DNA of 29,051 nt, from assembly GCA_044869275.1 (NCBI GenBank), contig JBIOXB010000060.1:1-29051 (forward strand). Reading direction: 5' to 3'. Source of the DNA: a bacterium. Its GTDB lineage: Bacteria; Zhuqueibacterota; Zhuqueibacteria; Zhuqueibacterales; Zhuqueibacteraceae. Made by a program: the position numbers and the translations under genes. Below the pieces are notes generated by a model. It ran no database searches, was not told the DNA's origin, and saw only the letters and a list, made by a program, of their open reading frames with translations. Shown piece by piece: positions 8,180 to 16,500 of the stretch (position 1 is its first letter; every line of letters starts with the position of its first letter).

Positions 8180-8731
8180 TCATTTCGAGCGCTCCGGTGC
8201 AAGCATGCCCTCCCAGCCTAGCGCACGCAATAAATCATCGAGGTTGTCGAGCAAGGCGTGCAGATGTGCAAGCAGCACCGGGTTTGCGGTAGCGCCGGCG
8301 TGGAGAATGCGCTGCACCTGTTCCGCCATTTGCACCGGCACTTGAGTGCAGCGTTCAGCCACCCAGTACACCAGCCGCTTTTCGCCGGGATGCGGCAGGC
8401 AGTTGAGGGCAAAGAGGAGGTCAAAATAACTCGCGAAAAATGCCGCTTCGTCGCCCGGCTCCCAAAACTGATTGCCGACCTCGGCGTAGCTGGCGCTCGT
8501 CACCGCAATGCGCTGCCGTTCAGGCATTGGAATTTCCTCGTGAACGTACACATAGAAATCGAGATCCGAATCCGGGCCTGCAGTGCCAGTGGATTGTGAA
8601 CCAGCCAAAGCGACGGCTTCAACCTGTGGCAAGGCGCTGTAGTCCATCGCGATCCGCCGGGCGAGCGCGAGACGAATCGTTTCTGTTTGATCAAATAAAG
8701 CACCAGGCATATACTCTTCGGAAAATGACAC
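8180..8731 (-). CDS. Nucleotidyltransferase-fold (DUF4037-associated-like) protein with apparent internal deletion; possible pseudogene
   Basis: GS..G.....SDLD motif; N-terminal block ending NQFWEPGDE is joined directly to the C-terminal block ASYFDLLFALN..HPGEKRL. Likely start is the ATG at 8710. Confidence 0.75.
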   Translation of the reverse strand: MSFSEEYMPGALFDQTETIRLALARRIAMDYSALPQVEAVALAGSQSTGTAGPDSDLDFYVYVHEEIPMPERQRIAVTSASYAEVGNQFWEPGDEAAFFASYFDLLFALNCLPHPGEKRLVYWVAERCTQVPVQMAEQVQRILHAGATANPVLLAHLHALLDNLDDLLRALGWEGMLAPERSK

Positions 8732-8839
8732 AGGGTGAAGGATAGAGATTTTTTCGCTGAGTTTAAAGGAAAAATTTCTGCAGATTACCTCATGGCTGGA
8801 AGCAGAAGAAGCGGCCTGAATAAAGCGGAGGGATGATCT

Positions 8840-8979
8840 ACTGCACCGTTGCCTTAGTTTTTATGAGCGCTTCATGAAGTCATTCAGAGGGAATCCTGTG
8901 AAGCCTAGGCACAGTGCTCAATTTCACCAAGATTCTTTCAGAATGACAGTGCTGAGGGTATCGTCTTTACGGTGACAGT
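8840..8979. repeat. Nested palindromic element with GTCATTC...GAATGAC core
   Basis: Outer arms ACTGCACCGT / ACGGTGACAGT; inner arms GTCATTCAGAGGGAATC (8879-8895) / GATTCTTTCAGAATGAC (8931-8947). An 18/19-identical half copy lies at 3398-3416. Confidence 0.75.
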
Positions 8980-9024
8980 GTGCTACGTCCAAAAAATATC
9001 ACCGGCTAATATATTTTTTTGATT

Positions 9025-9053
9025 CATCCGTTGGGTTGTTTCGATCCGTTGGA
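9025..9053. repeat. Dispersed 29-bp repeat, copy 1
   Basis: CATCCGTTGGGTTGTTTCGATCCGTTGGA; 27/29 identical to the reverse complement of 28837-28865. Confidence 0.85.
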
Positions 9054-9059
9054 CATTTT

Positions 9060-10193
9060 TTAAATTGCCGCTTCATACAAATTTTTTAAATCATCTTTCC
9101 CCACCGTTCGTGGATTGAGCCGATGGCAGGCATCCTCCCATGCTTGCTCGACCATTGCCGGAATCTGTTCCCGCTGCACGCCGGCTTCAGAAAGTTTTGC
9201 AGGAATGCCGAGGCGGCAATTCACTTCTGCAACGAATTCTACAATGTCATACCCTTGCTTCCCAACCAGTGCTGCAGCAACATCCGTGAGGCGATCCGCG
9301 GCAGCAGTGCGATTGAATTCCAAAACATACGGCAGCAGGATGGCGTTGGCCAAACCGTGATGCAGGCCGGCAATCGTGGAAAGCGGATGCGCTAGCGAAT
9401 GGCAAACACCCAGGCCCTTTTGGAAAGCGACCGCGCCCATGATTGCGGCCATCATCATATTCGCGCGCGCTGCCAAATCATTGCCATTCTCCACGGCACG
9501 AACGAGACTGCGGGCGGCCAATTTGATGCCCTGCAGCGCAACCGCATCACACAAAGGATGGTAACCTTGCGCGAGATACGCTTCGAGGCAATGCGTGAGT
9601 GCATCCATGCCGGTCGCCGCGGTCAATTTCGGCGGCAAATTCACAGTCAATTCCGGATCGGCAAGCGCGATTTTGGGCATCAGATGCGGGGAAAAGATCA
9701 CGGTTTTGCGGCCGGTGGATTTCAGCGTAATCACGGTGCTGCGGCCGACCTCACTGCCGGTTCCCGCCGTGGTCGGGATCGCGATCACCGGCGGAACAAT
9801 CGCGCGGACATTTTTGTAGCCGTCGAACTTGTCGTCGTATTGTTCCATTGGCCATGAATGCGTGCTCATCAATGCGATGGCCTTGCCCATGTCCAGTGGC
9901 GAGCCGCCGCCCAGGGCGATGACACAGTCACACCCTTCGGTTTTGAATCGCGTCACTCCGGCGACCACGTTGTCTTCGACCGGATTGGAAGCGACGTCAT
10001 CAAAAATAATCGCTGGATAGTTTCCAGCTTTAAGCAACTCCATAACGCGCGTGGGCAAGCCGCTGGCGACCAGGCCTTTGTCCGTCACCAGCAATGGCCG
10101 TTTACCGCCCACTTCACGCAATGCTGCCACCAAATTTGCTATTGCCCCCGCACCAAAAATGATTTTGGTTGGAAAAGAGAAAACGTTAATCAT
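9060..10193 (-). CDS. Iron-containing (family III) alcohol dehydrogenase
   Basis: GGGSPLD, PTTAGTGSE, DALTHCLE, HSLAH, HHGLANA motifs. Confidence 0.95.
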   Translation of the reverse strand: MINVFSFPTKIIFGAGAIANLVAALREVGGKRPLLVTDKGLVASGLPTRVMELLKAGNYPAIIFDDVASNPVEDNVVAGVTRFKTEGCDCVIALGGGSPLDMGKAIALMSTHSWPMEQYDDKFDGYKNVRAIVPPVIAIPTTAGTGSEVGRSTVITLKSTGRKTVIFSPHLMPKIALADPELTVNLPPKLTAATGMDALTHCLEAYLAQGYHPLCDAVALQGIKLAARSLVRAVENGNDLAARANMMMAAIMGAVAFQKGLGVCHSLAHPLSTIAGLHHGLANAILLPYVLEFNRTAAADRLTDVAAALVGKQGYDIVEFVAEVNCRLGIPAKLSEAGVQREQIPAMVEQAWEDACHRLNPRTVGKDDLKNLYEAAI

Positions 10194-10230
10194 TGGCGTT
10201 TAAACTATATCAAGCCCACGATATCCTACG

Positions 10231-10278
10231 CAATCTACAATCTACATCCACTATCCACGATCTTCGAACCTCAACCTT
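10231..10278. repeat. Degenerate heptamer tandem repeat
   Basis: CAATCTA CAATCTA CATCCA CTATCCA CGATCTT CGAACCT CAACCTT. Confidence 0.6.
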
Positions 10279-10288
10279 CGGCCAATCT

Positions 10289-13129
10289 TCACCCCAGCTT
10301 CTTTCCTGCCTCCAATTCCAGCGTCAAAATGCGCCATGCCGGCACATCGATTTCCAGGCGCGATTTCGCCAGTACGGGAATCTCTTCCAGCCGATCTTCC
10401 GACATGTTCACGCGCCAGGCGTGCAGCACCGGCATGCCCCAGGCGAGCTTGCCTTTTACTCTTTCCGCAGAAGTATTGTAGAGCCGCACAATGGTGGTGT
10501 TGCGCGACTCGCATTTTTTCACTGCCGTGACCACGAGGTTTTCCGGCTCACATTGGAACAATGAAAACTCGGCGGGCAGATTGCCATGATGCCCCCGGCA
10601 CAATTCTTCCAACACCGGCACGCGAAAATCTTGCGCGTGGTTTTGCAAATTGGCTTTCACGGCGTTGCCGCCGTAAGGCATCACGGCGAAATGGAACGTA
10701 TGCGCGCCCCGGCATTGGGCCTCGGGCGTAACGTAATGTGGTCCGGCGTTGCCTGGCCTGGTCGCAAGGTCGTCGCGCGAGAGCCATCCCACGGCCCGCA
10801 ATAGCGTCAGAGCGAGTGTGACACTGCCCTTTTGCTTGATCGCTTCATATTCATGCAAGCCATTCACCAAAATTGCCAAGCCGCCGCGGCGATCTTCCAC
10901 CGCGCAAAAACGTTGCATCGGCGAAGTGGGCGCGGGCGGCTGCAGCCAGCCCTTGCCGTTCATCATTTTCAGCGGGCGTTCCATGCTATGAAAAGGCTGG
11001 CCCGCCAGCGTGGTTTGTGCAGCGACGGGTGTGGGAAAATGCATGCGCAACCGGTGGTCCTCAGCAGAATTTTCCAGAGCCAGCTCCACTTCGACCCAGG
11101 GCGCGGCCGCGGTCATGGTAAATTTCCAGCGCATCGGGATTTTCACCGATTGCGTGCTGCGGCGTTGGCGCTCGCGGTCAAATTTTGCCGGCAGAGATAA
11201 AACACTTTTCACTTCGATTTCGACCGACAAAGGTGAGCGATAGATCATTTTCATCTGTCCGCGGCGATTGCGGCTGAGAATCGCCGCGTTTTTCTTGGGC
11301 GGCGCATAATCGTATTCATCACCGGTGTCCGCGCTGTCTTCCAAAATATTGAGCGGGCCGTAGCGGCGTTTCGTCGCTTTGTGAAAAAGCTCAAAGCTGC
11401 CATCGGGCGAAAATTTCGCGCGAAAAAACTGGTTCTCCACGATTTTTCCTTTGACCACGACGGGCTGCTCGGGCACACTCGCTGGCGTCTCGCGCAACGT
11501 GTAGGCCCGATACCCCGTGGCGGGAATGTTCGCGGCCAAATATTCCACCTCCGCCAGTTTCCAGGGTTTTTCGTCTTTGCGCGGAGACAGGCCGTAAACC
11601 TCAAAATGCTGTGCGAGCTGTGCTTGTTTTTCCGCAAAGAGCAGGGGCCGCGCGCCGGAGACTGCGGCCTGGCGCAGGAAGGCCTCGGGCAAAGCATAGC
11701 CTTCGTGCGAGCGCAGCGAGCGCATTCTGACCAGGTGCGTGGGCACGGTCTTGCCCTCGCCATCGACCAGTGCCATGCTTTTCATCGGTTTGCCGGGTGG
11801 AATCAAGACCAACGAACGCAGCACACGTGAGCGTTGAAAAGCCAAAGTGTTCACGGCCACGACTGCGGGCGCCTGGTCGTGCCGCAGGTTCGCGGCCAGG
11901 TGGTCGAGCACGGCGCTGGCGGCCAGCCGCGCGTTTTGTCGCGCCTCCTCGAAGCGTGGCAGCATGTCGCGATGGACTTGATCGATGCTACAACCGCAAA
12001 TGGAGTCGTGCGCATGATTCTGCAACAAGATCTGCCAGGCGTGTTGCAGGAAGCCGGCATAGTTTTCCTGGCCCGTGCGCTGCCAGAGCATGATGCCGAG
12101 CGGCTCGGCGAGATGCGACAGCCAGGTTTCGCATTCGTCATTTTGCTGCTTCAAATACACGCGCGACGACCACACGCCCGAGAGAATGGCGTGGTTCCTG
12201 CCGCCGTAAATTTCGCCGTTCCAATCCGACAAGGCCAGGCCGGCGCGGCGCAAAGCATTGATGAAACGCGCGAACGTCGTGTGCTCGGCCTGCACATCGG
12301 TCAACACGCTGTTGGCGTATGCCAAAATGCGCGGCAGATCCGCCTGCGGCTCGCGATGATCGCAGCCGTTGTTGATCAAAATATTCGTGCTGCCGTCATT
12401 GCCGCGCTTGGCGCTCTCACCGAGCTCTGCGATTTCCTGTTTGAAAAAATCCAGCGCCAGATCGAAACGCGGCGTGTCACCCGGATGATCGGGATGATAC
12501 TCGAAGCCCAAGTGATCGCCGTTACAATAGCCTTTGAGCTGGTTGACCGCGAGCACGCGGCTGCCGTCGGGTGCGATCCACAAAAACTCAGTGCCGGCTT
12601 TGCTCAAGGCCTCCCCCATGCCGCGGGTGAAAATGAAATTGTCAATGCCGAAGCCGCGCAAAATTTGCGGCAATTGCGCGACGTGGCCGAAGGTATCCGG
12701 CATGTAGCCGACTTTCATCACGCCGCCGAACTGCTGGCCCGTGCGGTGGCCGAGCAACAAATTGCGAATCAACGCCTCGCCGGAGACCAGAAACTCATCC
12801 GGCAACACATACCACGGCCCGACTTCGAGGCGGCCGGCTTGCACCAGTTTCTGCAGGCGCTCGCGGTTTTCCGGGCGGATGGCAAGATAATCTTCCAGCA
12901 CGATGGTTTGCCCGTCGAACACGAAGTAACGGAACTCGGGGCTGCGCTCCAACAAATCGAGCAGGCGGTCGGTCATGCGCACCAGGCGCATGCGATACTG
13001 CTGGAAGCATTGATACCATTCACGATCCCAGTGGGTATGCGAGACAACGTGCAGCCGATGGCGAATTTGACCCGGGGCGGGCTTGCCGTCCTTGCGCGGT
13101 CGATGAGTATAAGGAGTGGTATAAATCAT
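10289..13129 (-). CDS. GH38 alpha-mannosidase, MngB-like subgroup, cytoplasmic, catalytic motifs intact
   Basis: HVVSHTHWDREW (Zn His/Asp), GYMPDTFGH (nucleophile Asp), NGCDH (acid/base), AHDSICGCSID. No signal peptide. Confidence 0.95.
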   Translation of the reverse strand: MIYTTPYTHRPRKDGKPAPGQIRHRLHVVSHTHWDREWYQCFQQYRMRLVRMTDRLLDLLERSPEFRYFVFDGQTIVLEDYLAIRPENRERLQKLVQAGRLEVGPWYVLPDEFLVSGEALIRNLLLGHRTGQQFGGVMKVGYMPDTFGHVAQLPQILRGFGIDNFIFTRGMGEALSKAGTEFLWIAPDGSRVLAVNQLKGYCNGDHLGFEYHPDHPGDTPRFDLALDFFKQEIAELGESAKRGNDGSTNILINNGCDHREPQADLPRILAYANSVLTDVQAEHTTFARFINALRRAGLALSDWNGEIYGGRNHAILSGVWSSRVYLKQQNDECETWLSHLAEPLGIMLWQRTGQENYAGFLQHAWQILLQNHAHDSICGCSIDQVHRDMLPRFEEARQNARLAASAVLDHLAANLRHDQAPAVVAVNTLAFQRSRVLRSLVLIPPGKPMKSMALVDGEGKTVPTHLVRMRSLRSHEGYALPEAFLRQAAVSGARPLLFAEKQAQLAQHFEVYGLSPRKDEKPWKLAEVEYLAANIPATGYRAYTLRETPASVPEQPVVVKGKIVENQFFRAKFSPDGSFELFHKATKRRYGPLNILEDSADTGDEYDYAPPKKNAAILSRNRRGQMKMIYRSPLSVEIEVKSVLSLPAKFDRERQRRSTQSVKIPMRWKFTMTAAAPWVEVELALENSAEDHRLRMHFPTPVAAQTTLAGQPFHSMERPLKMMNGKGWLQPPAPTSPMQRFCAVEDRRGGLAILVNGLHEYEAIKQKGSVTLALTLLRAVGWLSRDDLATRPGNAGPHYVTPEAQCRGAHTFHFAVMPYGGNAVKANLQNHAQDFRVPVLEELCRGHHGNLPAEFSLFQCEPENLVVTAVKKCESRNTTIVRLYNTSAERVKGKLAWGMPVLHAWRVNMSEDRLEEIPVLAKSRLEIDVPAWRILTLELEAGKKLG

Positions 13130-13506
13130 GTGCTGTTCCGAACGACTAAATTGATTGAATTAGCGCGATGAGATGAATACGTGCAGGCCACGCGAGCGCG
13201 GAGGTGAGCGCAAAATGGAAGAATGGCGAAGGTGAGTGAATGAGCAGCTTGCGGCGCGCTGTGAAAACACGCCGCCAACCACTGTATGCGAAGAGACGAA
13301 TTCGTCAACGGCGCAGTTGAAGATACGGTGTTGCAAAACGGCGTTAGCCATGCCTCCCTCTCGAATGCGACGGCTGCGGTTTACTCCGGCGATCTCCGGG
13401 CCGGAGCGAGCGGAAAATTTTTGTGCCGATCTCCTCCTGAGTCGAAATCAAATCAATGGGTACGCAGGTTCTTCAAAAAGTATTCTTTAAAGACGTTGCC
13501 ACGAGC

Positions 13507-16500
13507 TTATTTCCGGCCTCTGATCTTCAGCGTCTTTACTTCCCAAGCATTGAGGTTGATCGAGAATCTTGCGCCAGAAAGCAGCGTGGGCTTTTCTTCC
13601 GTTTCGATCAAATTGACTTCACTCACGGCCGTCGCGGCGAAGGGCAGGGCCAGGGTTGCCGTGACCGGCGCGCCCGCGGTTTCATAAACGCGCACGATCC
13701 AACTGTCGTCATCCTCGGCTTTCTTGAGTGCGGACAGCATGACTTGCGCCGGCTCGATGTTGAAGAAGCTGAATTGCGCCGGCAGCTGGCCCGGGTGCGG
13801 CGCCAACACGCGCGCCAAGAGCGGTTGATTGAATTCGTAACCCGCACGCATGGCGTGCGCCTGTCTCCCATCGCCTTTGTGCGGCATGAGTGCCAGCGCA
13901 AATTTGTGCTCACCCATGTCGGCTTTGGGGTTCGGTGCATCCGGCGAGCGCAAAGCCGCAAAACTGAGCATGGCCTCCTGCACTTCCACGGCGTGCACGC
14001 CTTCATTCGCCACGGTCACGCCGAACTGGTCATTGGAAAGCTCGAGCCATCTTTGCAGCGGCAGGACCTCGCCGTCGGCCGGGCGAGACAATACGCCGAA
14101 CGGGATTTCCATCTGCAGCCTGCTGTCAGGAATGGCGAAAGGCAACATCACCCGCAGCATTTTATGGCGCTCGTGCCAATTCACTTCGTAGCGCACTTCG
14201 ACGCGCGGCAAACCGGCATACATCACATATTCTTGCACGATTTCAGAATTGCCAAACTGGAACTTCGTGCGCAAACGGCCGCGCAGCGGACCGTTTTCAA
14301 TGACTTCCGTGCCCGTGGCCGAAGCGAGCGTTTCTTTCGTACCGTCGAAAACAATGTTCAGGGCGGTCGCTTCACCGCTTTTTTCGCCCCAGATTTCCAA
14401 ACCGCCCTGGTTCGAGGCAATCCATTCGCGATTCAGCTGGGAGTCGACCATTTTTTGCAGCGCACCCGTGCGCGCGTCCACGGCGATGCTGAGATCGCGG
14501 TTGCTCATCGCCCACTGGCTGGCGTCGATGCGCACGCGATGCGCCGGCTCTTCTTCCGGCTTGTCCCAATAAAGCCAGTAGATCTTGTAACCGCATGCCG
14601 GCACTTGTTCCGGCACAAAAAGCAAGCGATAATGCCAGCCCGTTGCGGTTGAATCCCGCCATAGCGTTTGCGTCGCCAACCGTGCACCGCCGGAGTCGCG
14701 CAGCATTAAAACCGGAGCAGGCTCAGGCTGCTCTTCTTCCTTCTTTTTCTCTGGTGAAGAAGATTTACTCTTCTTGATTGCCTCGCTTTTCTTGCGCGGC
14801 GGTGCGGGCGGAACCTCGACATCGACTTCGACATGATCCGTGCGTGGCCACGCCGAAGCATTGTAAATCACCACGGGAATCTCCTGCGGGGCGCGGCCCT
14901 GCGTGTTGATCGCCGTTTCGATTCTCGTCATGGCCATGTCGAGCGCGGCCTTCGCGGTTTCGGCGGCCTCGCGCTGCAAGCGCTGCGCCTCTTGATACAG
15001 CTCTTCGTTGGCGCCGGCGCCGGCGAACAATTCCTGCTGCTGATTGGCGAGCACGTTTTGCCAATCGTGCGTGAATTCCGCCTGAGGATAGCTGTAGCCG
15101 TATTCTTTGGCGAAGAGCGCAAAGGCTTCGGCCACCGGCAGCAGCATTTCGCAGCGACGGTTGTTCGATTTGTGGCGCGCCTGGCTCACCCATGCGCCCG
15201 GATACATGAAATTGATTTCGCCGCGATGCACGGACAAATTGCGCGGCTTGGCGGTCAATTCCTCGAAGAAGCCTTCGGCACGCGCCATGCGTACGGACGG
15301 AACCGCGGGATGCCCCGCGCGGCCGGCGGTGACGAACGCCAAGTCTTCCGCCAGCCGAATGTCGCGGCCGCTCGGCCCACTGCTGCGATCACCCACGCCA
15401 TACAAGCGCAATGCTTTAGGCCAATTAAAACGCTGTTTCGAAATCAGTGCCTGCCGGCCGATGTCGCGTGTGAGTCCGGCGTCGAACCAATCCGGCGGGC
15501 GGTAACCCGTAACACGCGCGCCGTCCAATCCCTCCCACTCAAACAAACGCATGCTCTCCCAGGGGCGGTAGAATAGATAAGTCGTCATGCCGCTCTTTTT
15601 CAAAATCTGAGGCACGTTTGCAGAATGGCCAAAGACACTGGGGGCCCAAGCCGCTTTGGGGTCGGCGCTGAACTTTTCTTTGAAATAGCGTTTGCCATAC
15701 AAGAATTGCCGCGCCAAGCTCTCACCCGAGGGCAAGTTCAAGTCACTCTCGACCCACGTGCCGCCGACGATTTCCCAGCGATTCTGCGCGATGGCCGCAC
15801 GGATATTTTCAAAGAGCGGCGGATCTTGTTGCTCGAGCCACCAGAACATCGCGGCTTGCCCCTGTGCATAATGAAAGCCGGGATATTTCTCCAAATGTTG
15901 CAGCACTTGCCGGAACGTGGCACGATAAGCATCGACCAGCCCGACCATGCTCGTTTGCCCGCCCAAGCCGGGATGCGAGTAGCCCGAGAGGCTGACGCTG
16001 GGCACACTCTTGGCAGCTTCCGGCATGGCCGGCAGTTTGGAATTGGCCTGCTCGATCAGCCGGTTCAGCTCGCGCACGTCCCGGTTTTTGAGCGCGGCGA
16101 ACATTTTCTCGTCATGCGCCTTCTGCTCGTCCAGCAAATCGCCGCGAAATTGCTGCAGCAGATTTGCTGCGGTCAGATATTTCAGCAGCGCGAGATTTTC
16201 CACCGTCAAAAACAAACGCGGCGGCGGCATGGCCGTCAGCGCGGAAGTATCAGCGGCCGGCTGGTTCGCCTGGCGCTCCGGCTTGTTCAAATGCACGGTG
16301 ATCTCAAACTTTGCCGCCACTGCGGCGCTGTCGGCGAGCACGAAATCGCCGGAGTAACCGTTAATATTGAAACCCTTTTGCTCGCCGTTGATGAAGACCT
16401 CTCCTTGGGCGCTGCCACAATCAGCTGAGAGCAACAGTGGCATGCCGGCCCACTCCCACGGCACGGTGATCGTGCGGCGAAAGGCTTCGCTGCCATTGGC

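Noticed and set aside
10289..13129. Assigning gene symbol mngB and mannosylglycerate as substrate
   Set aside because: Subgroup motifs fit, but no PTS (mngA) or glycerate kinase gene is in the window and the substrate cannot be inferred.
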